Shown here: positions 53,912 through 64,000 of the stretch, piece by piece
Position numbering within the stretch: the first letter of the stretch is position 1
Layout: each line of letters opens with the position of its first letter
Assembly: GCA_963702475.1 (NCBI GenBank)
Contig: CAVPCT010000005.1
Location: 928,001 to 992,000 of the forward strand
Reading direction: 5' to 3'
DNA: 64,000 bases
DNA from: an uncultured Thermoleophilia bacterium
GTDB lineage: Bacteria > Actinomycetota > Thermoleophilia > UBA2241
Program-made: the position numbers and the translations under genes
The notes under the pieces: model-generated
Seen by the model: only the letters and a program-made list of their open reading frames with translations
Told to the model about the DNA's origin: nothing
Database searches by the model: none

Positions 53912-56324
53912 TCACAGCGCGGCGTTCGCCGTGCGCGAGATGATGTCGTTCTGGATGTCCTCGTGCAGTTCGACGAAGAACGCGGAGTAGCCGGCGACGC
54001 GCACCAGCAGCGAGCGGTACTCGTCGGGCTCGGCCTGCGCGCAGCGCAGCGTCTCCTCCTTCACCACGTTGAACTGGATGTGGTAGATGGGCAGGTCGAG
54101 GAAGCCGCGCAGGTAGGCGGCGAAGCGCTGCAGGCCCTCGTCACCGGCGACGACCTGCGGCTCGAACTTGACGTTGAGCAGCGTGCCGCCGTCGAGGTCC
54201 TCGTGCTGGAACTTGCCGACCGAGCGCAGCACGGCCGTCGGCCCGAGCCGGTCCGTCCCCTGGTTCGGCGAGACGCCGTCCGCCAGGGGCCTGCCGGCCT
54301 TGCGGCCGCTGGGCAGCGCCGCGACCGTGAGGCCCTGCGGCACGTTGGAGGAGACCGGGTACCACGACGGCATCATCGTGCCGCCGGTGAGCGTCGCGTA
54401 CTTGTCGTGCTCGGTCACGACGAGGTGCGCGAAGTGGCGCACGTACCGGTCCACCTCGTCGTCGTCGTTGCCGTACTTGGGCGCCGCGAGGCAGAGGTCG
54501 CGCACCTCCTCGTAGCCCTCGAAGTCGGCGCGCAGCGCCTCCCGCAGCTCGTCCATCGAGAGGCGCTGCTCGTCGTACACGAGCTTCTTGACGGCAGCCA
54601 GCGAGTTGACCCCGTCGGCGAGGCCGATGCCGAGCGTGCCCGGGCCGCGCTTGTAGCGGGCGCCGCCGCGCAGCAGATCGGCGCCGTTGTCGATGCAGTC
54701 GAGCATCAGCGCCGACGCCAGCGGGCACGGCAGCAGCTCGCGGTGCAGCGCCTCGGTCACGTGCCCCTGGATGGCGATGTGGCGGAGCTGCTCGGCGAGC
54801 TGCGCCATCACCGCGGCCTCGAACTCCTCGAAGGCGGCGAGCTCGTTCGGGTCGCCGGTCTCGAGGCCCAGCTTGCGCCCACTCAGCAGGTGTTCGCCGT
54901 TGAACAGCGCGAACTCGACCGCCGAGCCGAAGTTGTAGTGCCCGTAGTCGCTCCACTGGTGCAGCTTGCCGGGCAGGTTGGGCTCGACGCAGCCGACGAG
55001 ACACCAGTCACGCGCCTCCTCGGTGGTCACGCCCTTGCGCAGAAGCGCCTTGATCCCGACCTCGTCGTTGTGGATGGCCGGGAAGCCGGTGCCCAGGCGC
55101 GAGAGCTCGCAGACCTTGAGCAGGAACTCCTCCGGGCAGTTGCGGTGCAGGCGCACGGCCAGCGAGGGCTGGTTGAGGCGCACGTCCATCGACGCCTGAA
55201 GCATCATGTACGAGACGTCGTTGGTGGCGTCCTCGCCGTTCGCCTTCACCCCGCCCGCGGTCACGTTCTGGAACGCCGTGTAGCCGGCGAAGTACTGCGA
55301 ACAGTTGGTGTTGAGGATCCAGCACTGCTCGGCCAGCTTGACCCACAGACACTCGAGCAGCTCCTGCGCGTGGTCGTGCGTGAGCCGGCCGGCGGCCACA
55401 TCGGCTGTGTAGTACGGCTCGAGGTACTGGTCCATGCGGTTGGGCGAGTACGACGGCGCGTTCAGCTCCATCATCAGGCTCATCTGCGCGAACCAGACCA
55501 GCTGCAACGCCTCGTGGAAGGTGCGCGGCGGCTCCTCGGCGATCCACTCGCAGGCCGCCGCGACCCGCTCGAGCTCGGCGGCGCGCTCCGGCGGCGACAT
55601 CGCCGCCAGCTCCCGCGCCGCCGCCGCGTGCCGCCGCGCCAGGATGCCCATCGCCTCGCAGCTGATGACGACGGCCTCGAGGAAGTAGCGCTTGTCGTCG
55701 CTCGCCGGGTCGGCGACGTCGAGCGCCGCCAGCCGCTCTTCGGCCCAGCGGCGCACCCCGCCCCACCCCTTCGGCAGCAGGATCTCGCCGTAGCCGAGGG
55801 CGATCTCTCCCGGGCCCGACTCGGTCTTGATCTCGACGTCGATCACGCCGGTCTCGTAGCCGAGCGCCCGCGTGTCGGCCGGCACGCGCTTCAGCCAGTG
55901 CTCGATGACCGTCTTGCCCTTCCAGTACGGGTGGACGCTTCTCGCGGAAGAGCGCCTTCTGCTCCTCGTCCACGAGGTACGGGTCCTGCGGCCGGTCGCT
56001 CAGCGTGTCGAGCTCCTTGGCGAACCAGTAGTTGGACATCTCCGGCCCGAGGACGCCGGTGCGCGGTCTGCGCCCGGCGTTACCCACGATGAGCTCGTCG
56101 TCCTGGATGAGGATGGTCTTGGTCTCGCAGGTGCGCTTCAGGCCTTTGGCCCTGCGGACGACCATGGGTTCGCCCTCGGTCTCCTGGAAGACCTCGGTGT
56201 AGGCGAGCGCGCGCTCGATGCACACTGACGGCATGTGCGTGAAGTACTGCGTGCGCAGGCGCGCGATGCGCGGGGACAGGCCCTCGTCCGCCCGCGCGCC
56301 GGCCTCCTGAAGCATGGTCGCCAT
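53912..56324 (-). CDS. Glycyl radical enzyme, eliminase type, CutC-related (about 803 aa); frameshift near 55938
   Basis: IQDDELIVG, PPRTFHEALQ, catalytic GCVEP, glycyl motif LLVRVAGYSAFF. Confidence 0.93.
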
Positions 56325-56357
56325 GTCCCCACCTTTCCGGAGCGCGTCCGTCCCACG

Positions 56358-56405
56358 ACTCACCCGACCGGGTGAGTATAGCAGCGACTCACCCGAACGG
56401 GTAAG
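56358..56405. promoter_or_regulatory. Two palindromic TetR operator candidates
   Basis: ACTCACCCG-AC-CGGGTGAGT (56358-56377) and ACTCACCCGAACGGGTAAG (56387-56405) between the divergent genes. Confidence 0.8.
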
Positions 56406-56445
56406 CTTCTGCGCGTATCGTGACCCGGACCTCAGGAGTGGCGAG

Positions 56446-57129
56446 GTGGCGAGAGCAGCCCCGGTCGACGCGAAACCTCAGACTCGCGACGCCCGCGCGC
56501 CCGCACAGCAGCAGGCGGCGCGTGTCCCGGCGTCGCGCCGGCTCCACCCCACCGCAAAGCGGATCCTCGCCGCCGCCAAGCGCCTCCTCACCGAGCGCGG
56601 CTACCGGGGTCTGACGCTGCAGGCGATCGCGACCGAGTCGGGCGTCAACAAGGCAGGGGTCTGGTACTACTTCGGCGGCAAGGAGCAGCTCGTGCTCGCG
56701 CTGCTGGAGGAGGTCGCCGTCACCGAGTCGCACCACTTCGGCATCCGGCCGGCGGCGTACGCGACGCTGGACGAGCGGGTCGACCTCATCGTGGGCAGCG
56801 CGCAGCGGGTGAAGGACCGGGTGGAGCGCTACGCCGCCTTCTACGAGCTCCTGCCCGAGGCCTCCCGCGACGCCCAGCTTCGCGAGCACCTGATGACGTA
56901 CTACCAGGGCTGGTACGCCTGGGCGGGCGAGGTGCTCACTCCCCCGGGCGCGGACGGCGCCGTACGCACCGGGACACCGACGACGGTGGGCCAGTTCGCC
57001 TCGATCCTGCTCGACGGCATCTTCATGCAGATGGTCGTCGCCGCTCCCGGCTTCGACCTCGAGGCGGCGCTGCAGGACGCGCGCCGCACGCTCAGGCACC
57101 TGCTCGACCCCGAGCCGGCGGCGACGTGA
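56446..57129 (+). CDS. TetR family regulator of the glycyl radical operon
   Basis: RILAAAKRLLTERGYRGLTLQAIATESGVNKAGVWYYFGGKE. Confidence 0.88.
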   Translation: MARAAPVDAKPQTRDARAPAQQQAARVPASRRLHPTAKRILAAAKRLLTERGYRGLTLQAIATESGVNKAGVWYYFGGKEQLVLALLEEVAVTESHHFGIRPAAYATLDERVDLIVGSAQRVKDRVERYAAFYELLPEASRDAQLREHLMTYYQGWYAWAGEVLTPPGADGAVRTGTPTTVGQFASILLDGIFMQMVVAAPGFDLEAALQDARRTLRHLLDPEPAAT

Positions 57130-57535
57130 GGGCGACGCCGCCGGGGGCCGCAGGCCGGGGCGGCGCCGCGGGGCAGAGAGACTGGGGCAAGTACGGGCTG
57201 GGCGCCGCGGCCGCCGGCTGGGTCGTCGCCTTCCTCCCCGCGGTCGTGCCGGCGGCCATCGCGCTGTGGTGCGCCGGGTTCGTCCCGAGCCTCGTCGGCC
57301 GGCGACGCGCGCGGCGCCTACGGCCTCGCCGGTCTGGTCCTCGCCTCACTTGGCCTCGTCTGGGTCGTCGCCGGCATCGCCCTCGGGCTCCTGTTCTTCC
57401 AGGTGTGAGCGTGGCCAACGGTGCGTGTGTTGCCGCATGTTCTGAGTGGGGTAGCCCTCTCAACATAAGCGGCACGGGCCGGCTCGAGCGTTGGGGCTCG
57501 AGCAGCGACCTGGCCTATGAATACAGGAGGGCATC

Positions 57536-58282
57536 ATGAGCTTCACCAGAAAGGTCTCCCTGATCACGGGCGTGGCCTTCCTCATCACCTTCGCCGCCTC
57601 GATCCCGGCGGTGTTCTACTTCTACGCACCGGTGCTGGACAACGCCGACTACATCCTCGGCGCCGGCGCCGACACGCGGATCGGATGGGGCGCGGTCCTC
57701 GAGGTCATCCTCGTGGTCGCCAACATCGCCACCGCCGTGGCGCTGTACCCGGTCGTCAAGCGGCAGAACGAGGGCCTCGCCCTCGGCTACGTGGCGGCTC
57801 GTACCTTCGAGTCCACCATGATCGCCGTCGGCATCATCGCCACGCTTGCCGTGGTGACGCTCCGGCAGGAAGTTGCGGGAGCCGTCGACGCCGCCGCTTC
57901 CGTCGCTCTTGGGCAGTCGCTCGTCGCGGTCCACGACTGGACGTTCCTGCTCGGACCGGGCATGGTGGGCATCTGGAACGGCCTGCTGCTGGGCTATCTG
58001 ATGTACCGCTCCGAGCTCGTGCCGAAGGGCATGGCCGTGCTAGGGATGGTTGCCGGCACCCTGCTGATCGCTTCGGCGATTCCGATCCTGCTAGGTGTGT
58101 ACGAAGCAGGGTCCGCGCCGCAGGTCATCGCGACGGCCCCGGAATTCGTCTGGGAACTGTTCCTGGGCATCTACCTCACGTTCAAAGGGTTCAGGGCGGC
58201 CGGTCTGCGCAAGCTCGGGTTCGAGACGGGCGAGTCCGCCTCCGCGGCCGCTTCCGTGAGCGAGCTGCGGCCGGCGGCGTGA
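57536..58282 (+). CDS. DUF4386-like membrane protein
   Basis: AVALYPVVKRQNEGLALGYV, YRSELVP; AGGAGG RBS. Confidence 0.75.
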   Translation: MSFTRKVSLITGVAFLITFAASIPAVFYFYAPVLDNADYILGAGADTRIGWGAVLEVILVVANIATAVALYPVVKRQNEGLALGYVAARTFESTMIAVGIIATLAVVTLRQEVAGAVDAAASVALGQSLVAVHDWTFLLGPGMVGIWNGLLLGYLMYRSELVPKGMAVLGMVAGTLLIASAIPILLGVYEAGSAPQVIATAPEFVWELFLGIYLTFKGFRAAGLRKLGFETGESASAAASVSELRPAA

Positions 58283-58444
58283 TGAGCGCCGCGCCTCAAG
58301 CCAAGCGGACACGAGCCTTGTCCGCCGCCTGACAAGCGGCCACTACGAGGCAGCCGGGGCCGAGGGCGACTGGGCGGCGTCCAGCACCCTCGGCCCCGGC
58401 CCACGGCACGGGCACACCGACCCTCAAGCTGGAGGGATCAGGAC

Positions 58445-59386
58445 ATGCGCGCGGTCATATGCAGAGAATACGGTCCTCCGGAGGTCCTGGAGCTCCAACA
58501 GGTAGCGAAACCTGTTCCGAAGGATCACGACGTGCTGATCAAGGTGCATGCGACGACGGCGCACCGTGGGGACGTGAGGATCCGAAGCTTCGATGTGCCT
58601 CGGGGACAACGGCTCGCGGCGCGACTGGTCCTTGGCTTCGCTCGCCCGAAGAACCCGATTCTCGGGATGGAGCTGGCCGGAGAGGTCGAGGCGGTCGGCA
58701 GGGACGTGACCCTCTTCAAGCCGGGCGACGAGGTCTTCGCCTTCACCGGTTGGGGCCTCGGTGCCTATGCCGAGTACGTCTGCTTGCCGGAGAAGCCGAG
58801 AAGGTCGGTCACGAAGGACGGGATGCTGGCGACCAAACCGGCCGGCATGACCTTCGAGGAAGCCGCCGCCGGCGCGGCGACCGGAGGAGTCACGGCCTTG
58901 CGTGTCCTCAGAAAGGCGAGCATCGCAAGCGGGCAGAAGGTCCTGATCTACGGTGCCTCTGGAAGCGTCGGCACCTACGCGATGCAACTTGCCAAGTCAT
59001 TCGGGGCGGAGGTCACGGGGGTCTGCAGTACCGCCAATCTGGATCTGGTGAGATCCCTCGGGGCCGACAGGGTGATCGACTACACGCGGCAGGACTTCAC
59101 CGAGGGCGGCGAGACCTACGACGTCGTCTTCGATGCCGTCGACAAGCTCGAGCCCTCCCGGGCCAGGAGCCCCCTGAAGAAGACGGGCGTCTACCTGAAC
59201 GTCAACAGGGACTCAGGTTCTGGAGCCGGGAGTCCCGAGGATCTTGTCTTCCTCAAGGAGCTCATCGAGAGCGGGCAGGTCCGGGCGGTCATCGACAGGC
59301 GCTACCCGCTGGAGGAGATCGTCGAGGCCCACACGTACGTCGAGAAGGGGCACAAGAAGGGACACGTGGTCGTCGCCGTGGCGTAG
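58445..59386 (+). CDS. NAD(P)-dependent medium-chain dehydrogenase, paralog of 48133
   Basis: [22 protein letters not shown]. Confidence 0.9.
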   Translation: MRAVICREYGPPEVLELQQVAKPVPKDHDVLIKVHATTAHRGDVRIRSFDVPRGQRLAARLVLGFARPKNPILGMELAGEVEAVGRDVTLFKPGDEVFAFTGWGLGAYAEYVCLPEKPRRSVTKDGMLATKPAGMTFEEAAAGAATGGVTALRVLRKASIASGQKVLIYGASGSVGTYAMQLAKSFGAEVTGVCSTANLDLVRSLGADRVIDYTRQDFTEGGETYDVVFDAVDKLEPSRARSPLKKTGVYLNVNRDSGSGAGSPEDLVFLKELIESGQVRAVIDRRYPLEEIVEAHTYVEKGHKKGHVVVAVA

Positions 59387-59429
59387 CGTGCCGCTCGCGT
59401 GCTGATCTGGCACACGTTGCCGTTGTGCG

Positions 59430-59588
59430 CCCACCCGGCGTGCCCGGACGGTTAGGACTGACCCACTTCCGCTCCTCGGCCACCCCCGGGTCGGCGTGGA
59501 TGACGGCGCGGAGTCTGACGAAGAGCTCACCGCGCCAGTCCGGGATGGCGGCGATCAGGTCGTCGATGAGCTGGCCTGAAGTCGGCAT
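59430..59588 (-). pseudogene. DUF1801 family N-terminal fragment
   Basis: IDDLIAAIPDWRGE..RLRAVI.ADPGVAEERKW. Confidence 0.55.
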
Positions 59589-59627
59589 AGCGCCTCCGGA
59601 CGTCTGCCGTCGGCGGCCGGGAACGGA

Positions 59628-59664
59628 AGGGGCCGGGCCGGCAGGTTCCTCCGGCCCGGCCCCT
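59628..59664 (-). terminator. GC-rich hairpin downstream of the 59681-59992 gene
   Basis: 14-bp inverted repeat AGGGGCCGGGCCGG / CCGGCCCGGCCCCT. Confidence 0.6.
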
Positions 59665-59680
59665 CGCCGCTCGGGCGGTC

Positions 59681-59992
59681 TCAGGCGGCGCGGCGGGTCG
59701 CCTCGCCGCCGAACGCCTTCTGCTCCACCACCTCGGTGATGCGGTGCCCGGTGTTCGACACGAGCCGGCTACCACCGCCCTTCCAGAGCTCCTCGAGCCG
59801 GGCCGCGAAGGCCTCGGCCTCGGCCAGGCTGTCGAACTCGAGCTCGCCGATCACGGTGCTCTCGTCGTCCGTAGGACGCTCGATGCTGTAGCGGCGCACG
59901 CCGGATGCCTCGCGACCGAGCGGGTCGCTGTCGAACGTCTTCTTCCACTCCGCATAGTCGGAGACCGTGTGCCAGATGTTCAGGACGTACAT
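59681..59992 (-). CDS. Small dimeric alpha/beta-barrel-like protein
   Basis: HTVSDYAEWKKTFDSDP.GR..SGVRRY..LEFDSLAEAEAF; AGAGGT RBS. Confidence 0.7.
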   Translation of the reverse strand: MYVLNIWHTVSDYAEWKKTFDSDPLGREASGVRRYSIERPTDDESTVIGELEFDSLAEAEAFAARLEELWKGGGSRLVSNTGHRITEVVEQKAFGGEATRRAA

Positions 59993-60096
59993 GACGGTAC
60001 CTCTCGTCCGTGATACTCAGGATGCCCGTGTATTCCCTCTGCAGCGCACTCGTCACGTGTTGTGCACGGCTGCGACGGCCGGCCGCTGAGGGGCAT

Positions 60097-60747
60097 TCAG
60101 TCCAGCGACCAGGTCGCCTGCCACGCGCCGACCGGCAGAAGGACCTCGGTCGGCGCGAACCCCTGCTCGGCACGCAGCGTGAGCCATCCGGTCGAGCTCC
60201 TGCCGGCCCGGGAGGGGTCCGGCCCGCCGGCCGCGCCGAGGCCGGCGACCCCGCTCTCGGTGCGCGCACCGTCGCTGAGCTGGAGGAACTGATAGGCGAC
60301 GGGGTTCTGCGCCGTGGCCTCGTCCAGGCTCGTGAGCCGGACCTTGACGCCGTACTTCCACTCGTAGGGACCGTAGCCGTCGCCGAACTCGTTGGGGGCA
60401 TCGTCGTCAGGTGTCCGGACGCGCTTCACCGCCAGGACCGTGACGAGCTCGCCGTGGGCCTCGCCGGAGGCCTGGTCGTGCCAGTCCACACGCACGGTGT
60501 CCCCGAGCCGGCCGCTCCACGAGGGGCCCTCGCGGTCGGAGATGGCGGCCGCGACCGCCGGCGAGGCGCTCTCCGTCGCGGCAGGCGGCGACGCGTCGGC
60601 CGCCGGGCTCGTCGGCAGGCCTGCGGTCGGCGCGGACGCCGGCGACGCCGCGCGGCCCCCGCAGCCGGCCAGCATCGCGGCAGCCATGAGCACGAGCACG
60701 AAGTGCGCGGTGGTCCGCTTCAGGATCGCCTCCTTCTCCGCAGGCAC
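60097..60747 (-). CDS. Putative lipoprotein
   Basis: Lipobox LAGC, Pro/Ala/Ser linker, beta-rich domain. Confidence 0.7.
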   Translation of the reverse strand: MPAEKEAILKRTTAHFVLVLMAAAMLAGCGGRAASPASAPTAGLPTSPAADASPPAATESASPAVAAAISDREGPSWSGRLGDTVRVDWHDQASGEAHGELVTVLAVKRVRTPDDDAPNEFGDGYGPYEWKYGVKVRLTSLDEATAQNPVAYQFLQLSDGARTESGVAGLGAAGGPDPSRAGRSSTGWLTLRAEQGFAPTEVLLPVGAWQATWSLD

Positions 60748-60987
60748 GATAGCACCTGACCGCCGCGCCGGTACGCGGATCGAACAGGCACGAGAACCAC
60801 CTCAGAGGTAGGCCGCACCGCCCCTCGCGGGGTGCGGCGGCCGCGAAAGATGCCTCCGCCGCGCCACGGGATCGACCCCGGCGGGGCGACGACCCCGGCA
60901 GCGCGCCCGCGTAGGGTCCCGCCATGAGGTCGATCATGCCCGAGGAGCGCCGGGGGCGCCCCGCGGGCCGACGAGCGGGAGGGGACC

Positions 60988-61761
60988 ATGGACGCAGTCA
61001 CGACCACCGAGAGGGGTCGCAGGTGGAGGACGCAGGACGCACGCACGACGGCCGCCGGCGCAGCACCACGGTACAGAAGGGCGGCGATCATCGTGGGCGT
61101 GCTGTTCATCGTCGGAGACATCGCCGGCGTGCTGAGCCTCCTCGTGACGCGAGGTCTCTTCGACGGTCCGGACGTCCTCACCTCGATCGCGGCGGGCCAG
61201 GGCCGGCTCGCGCTGGGCGCGCTCCTCGTGCTGACCATGGGCCTGGCGCTGGCGATGGTGCCGGTCGTGATGTATCCGATCTTCAAGAAGTACAACGAGG
61301 TCCTGGCGCTCGGGACCGTCGTCTTCCGGGGCGCGCTCGAGGCCGTCGCCTACATGGCCACCGCGGGAGTCTGGCTTGCGCTCCTGGAGCTCAGTCGCGG
61401 GCGCGCCACGGCAGCGTCTGCCGGCGCTTCCCACATCGAGACCCTGAGCGAGCTGCTCGTGACCGCACAAGGGTCGGTCACCGTCTGGCTGACCTCCATC
61501 GCCTTCAGTCTCGGCGCCCTGATGTTCTACTACCTCTTCTACCGCTCGAGGCTCATCCCCCGCTGGTTGTCGGTCTGGGGTCTCGTCGGCGCCGCGCTGT
61601 ACCTGGCGACGCCGCTGCTGGACATGTCCGGGCACGGCTTCGGGCTGCTGATGGCCCCGCTGGCGGTGGCCGAGATCGTCCTGGCGGTGTGGCTGATCGT
61701 CAGAGGGATGGACGCGCCGGGGGCGCAAGAGACCGGCGCCCGGGCGAGCGCGGCCGCCTGA
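60988..61761 (+). CDS. DUF4386-like membrane protein
   Basis: MYPIFKKYNEVLALG, YRSRLIPRWLSVWGL. Confidence 0.78.
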   Translation: MDAVTTTERGRRWRTQDARTTAAGAAPRYRRAAIIVGVLFIVGDIAGVLSLLVTRGLFDGPDVLTSIAAGQGRLALGALLVLTMGLALAMVPVVMYPIFKKYNEVLALGTVVFRGALEAVAYMATAGVWLALLELSRGRATAASAGASHIETLSELLVTAQGSVTVWLTSIAFSLGALMFYYLFYRSRLIPRWLSVWGLVGAALYLATPLLDMSGHGFGLLMAPLAVAEIVLAVWLIVRGMDAPGAQETGARASAAA

Positions 61762-61811
61762 CTCGCTGAGGGTGGCCGAGGCCATGGCTGCCACGGCACC
61801 TCACGCGGCCG

Positions 61812-62483
61812 TCACTCCGCGGCGAGAGTCCTCTCCAGTCCGTCGAGGATCAGGTCGAGGCCGAAGCCGAACGCCGCATCCTCGTCGAAGGGCCTCTCCG
61901 CGTACTCCGCCGCGACGCACGCCAGGGACGGATACGCGCCGGGCGGGATGGACTCCAGCGTCTCCCGCGCCTGCTCGCCGGTGTCCGCATCATCGCCCGG
62001 CGACAGATCGGAGTGCTGCTGCTCGAAGCCGTGGATGTAGCTGTCGAGCGCGAAGAACGCGTGTGCGGCGATCCGTGGTGAGAACCCCGCCCGAAGCAGC
62101 GTGTGAAGGACGCGATCCGCGTAGCACAGACCGTTGGGACCACTGCTCTCCCGGGAGTCGATAAGGCCGGCTGCCCAGCGATGACGCGCGAAGACAGCCC
62201 GGGCGGAGACGGCCCGGCGCCGCATCGCCTGCTTCCAGTCGGCGCCGTCGGACGGCACGTCGATCTCGGCCACCACGAGATCCGCCATGCCGTCGAGCAG
62301 ATCACCTCTGCCCGACACGTGGTTGTAGAGTGACGCCGCCTCGACGCCAAGCCTCCTGCCGAGCTCGCGCATGGTGACCGCATCGATCCCCCGCTCGTCC
62401 GCGAGGTCCATGGCCGCACGCACGATGCGGTCCCGGTCGAGGCGGCGGCGCGGCTCGCGCGCACCTGTCTGCCCAGCGCTCAC
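61812..62483 (-). CDS. TetR family regulator (TetR_C-type ligand domain)
   Basis: LDRDRIVRAAMDLADERG..VTMRELGRRLGVEAASLYNHV, FGFGLDLILDGLE. Confidence 0.9.
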   Translation of the reverse strand: MSAGQTGAREPRRRLDRDRIVRAAMDLADERGIDAVTMRELGRRLGVEAASLYNHVSGRGDLLDGMADLVVAEIDVPSDGADWKQAMRRRAVSARAVFARHRWAAGLIDSRESSGPNGLCYADRVLHTLLRAGFSPRIAAHAFFALDSYIHGFEQQHSDLSPGDDADTGEQARETLESIPPGAYPSLACVAAEYAERPFDEDAAFGFGLDLILDGLERTLAAE

Positions 62484-62531
62484 GACACCTCCTTCGACCG
62501 TCCTCGCCGCGCAACTTGGCCGGCACGTCCC

Positions 62532-62587
62532 TTGACATACTAACACTGTTAGTTCAAGGTGGGCTCACGTTAACTAACAGTGTTAGT
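62532..62587. promoter_or_regulatory. TTGACA -35 box and two TetR operator palindromes
   Basis: TTGACA 62532-62537; ACTAACACTGTTAGT 62539-62553; ACTAACAGTGTTAGT 62573-62587. Confidence 0.8.
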
Positions 62588-62605
62588 AGAAAGGAGCGGG
62601 TCTGC

Positions 62606-63037
62606 ATGACCACCAGAGACACAGACAGGGACAGGAGGACGCGGCTCTCGCTGCTGTGGGTCTTCGTGATGCTGAACATGCTGCTGGCGGACATCCTGTC
62701 CTTCATGAACGCGGGGTCCCTGGAGCAACTCCTGGCCGGGAAGGCCGGGGAGATCACGATCACCCCGGGCTTCCTCCTTCTGGCCGCGGTCCTCACCGAG
62801 ATCCCGATCGCCATGGTGGTGCTCTCGCTGGTGCTGCCGCAGCGCGCGGCCCGCTGGGCCAACCTGCTGGCCGGTGCGTTCACGATCGCCTACGTGTGGG
62901 GTCTGGGCTCCAGCGCGCCGCACTACGTCTTCATCGCCGCAGTCGAGACGCTCGGCTGCCTCCTCATCGTGTGGTCGGCGTGGACGTGGCAGCGAGCCGA
63001 TGCGCGGATGCCGGCCCGCGATCTCGTGACGGAGTAG
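62606..63037 (+). CDS. DUF6326-like small membrane protein
   Basis: LSLLWVFVMLNMLLADILSF, EIPIAMVVLSLVL, RWAN. Confidence 0.72.
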   Translation: MTTRDTDRDRRTRLSLLWVFVMLNMLLADILSFMNAGSLEQLLAGKAGEITITPGFLLLAAVLTEIPIAMVVLSLVLPQRAARWANLLAGAFTIAYVWGLGSSAPHYVFIAAVETLGCLLIVWSAWTWQRADARMPARDLVTE

Positions 63038-63041
63038 GGGC

Positions 63042-63082
63042 CGCCGCCCCGGCCGGGCCACGGGCGGCCGGCCGGGGCGGCG
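63042..63082. terminator. Hairpin between convergent genes
   Basis: 15-bp inverted repeat CGCCGCCCCGGCCGG / CCGGCCGGGGCGGCG. Confidence 0.6.
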
Positions 63083-63117
63083 AGAGGCCGGCCGGCTCCC
63101 GTGGTGGACGCGCCGGC

Positions 63118-63792
63118 CTACGCCATTCGATCCAGCAGCCTCTCCAACCCGTCGAGGATCAGGTCGAGCCCGAACTCGAAGTCGGCGCCCTCGTCGTAGC
63201 CGGCGCCGACGGCGTGGTCGACCGCCTCCCTGAGGTAGGGGTACTCGCCGGCGGGCAGCGCCTGCAAGAAGGCCTCCGCCATCTCCTCGGCACCGGCGTC
63301 GCCCCCGGCGGTCATGTTGAGCTGCTGCCGCCCGAAGCCGTAGATGAAGCTGTCGAGCACCGAGAATGCCCTGAGAGCCGTCTCGAGCGGGAACCCCGCG
63401 CGCCGCAGCGTCCCGATCACCCAGTCGAGATAGCGCAGCCGCGCCGGTCCGCTGCTCTCCCGTGAGTCGACAAGGGCGCTTGCCCAAGGGTGCCGGGAGA
63501 ACGTCCCCCGGGCCGAGAGCGCCCTCTGGCGCATGGCCTCCCTCCAGTCGGCCGCGTGCTCGGGCAGGTCGATCTCGCCGACCACGAGGTCGACCATGCC
63601 GTCGAGCAGGTCGTCCTTGTTGGCCACGTGGTTGTACAGCGACATCGCCTCGACCCCGAGTCTCACCCCGAGCTCGCGCATGGTGAGGGACTCGAGGCCG
63701 CGTGCGTCGGCGAGCGCGACGGCGGCGTGCAGCACCCTCTCCCGGTTGAGGGGAGTCCGGGCGTCGGGATCCGGCGTTCTGCGTGCCTGCAT
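63118..63792 (-). CDS. TetR family regulator, close paralog of 61812-62483
   Basis: LNRERVLHAAVALAD..LTMRELGVRLGVEAMSLYNHV, DSRESSGP. Confidence 0.9.
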   Translation of the reverse strand: MQARRTPDPDARTPLNRERVLHAAVALADARGLESLTMRELGVRLGVEAMSLYNHVANKDDLLDGMVDLVVGEIDLPEHAADWREAMRQRALSARGTFSRHPWASALVDSRESSGPARLRYLDWVIGTLRRAGFPLETALRAFSVLDSFIYGFGRQQLNMTAGGDAGAEEMAEAFLQALPAGEYPYLREAVDHAVGAGYDEGADFEFGLDLILDGLERLLDRMA

Positions 63793-63816
63793 CGCGTCCT
63801 CCTCGGAAGGAATCAC

Positions 63817-63859
63817 TTGACAGCTTACACCGTAAGTACGAAACTTACGTCGTAAGTTT
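63817..63859. promoter_or_regulatory. TTGACA -35 box and two TetR operator palindromes
   Basis: TTGACA 63817-63822; CTTACACCGTAAG 63824-63836; AAACTTACGTCGTAAGTTT 63841-63859. Confidence 0.8.
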
Positions 63860-63912
63860 ACGGCGCATCGCTCAGGGCGAACAGCGCGAGATGCTTCGAC
63901 AGGAGGGCCAAG

Positions 63913-64000
63913 ATGAAGACACCGGACGGTGGCAGTGAGCGGCGACAGAAGGTGGGAGGCTGGGCAGCGCTCTACCTCGCGATCGCCTACGTGGCGGCGA
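63913..64000 (+). CDS. Start of a membrane protein (possibly DUF4386-like), cut by the window edge
   Basis: AGGAGG RBS, MKT...QKVGGWAALYLAIAY. Confidence 0.55.
   Translation, partial: MKTPDGGSERRQKVGGWAALYLAIAYVAA

Noticed and set aside
53912-56324. Naming the GRE cutC or pflB
   Set aside because: Several recalled CutC pocket residues differ, and the adjacent Cys-Cys pair of pyruvate formate-lyase is absent.
57126-57539. 137-aa ORF between the TetR and the DUF4386-like gene
   Set aside because: One hydrophobic stretch followed by low-complexity Arg/Pro sequence; it could be a frameshifted membrane gene but is not supportable.

Overview
High-GC bacterial DNA. The FtsH/CarD sequences and gene content suggest an anaerobic actinomycete, possibly Thermoleophilia (inference). 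The window is almost all accessory DNA. From left to right: (1) a TetR-regulated methyltransferase operon (mttB, corrinoid protein, small membrane protein, NCS1 permease, SDR), in which mttB has an in-frame TAG at the position where trimethylamine methyltransferases carry pyrrolysine; (2) decayed, integrase-less islands stacked downstream of tRNA-Arg(CCT), marked by two displaced tRNA 3' halves and carrying a sulfatase module, an FtsH paralog and phage/defence remnants; (3) an MNT-HEPN toxin-antitoxin pair between 82-bp direct repeats, two more sulfatases and several hydrolases; (4) a TetR-regulated glycyl radical enzyme, its activase and a LicB-like transporter, the enzyme being CutC-like but with altered substrate-pocket residues; (5) repeated TetR/DUF4386/DUF6326/oxidoreductase modules. 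Many otherwise intact genes carry single-base frameshifts, probably long-read consensus errors. All family calls come from recalled motifs, not database searches.
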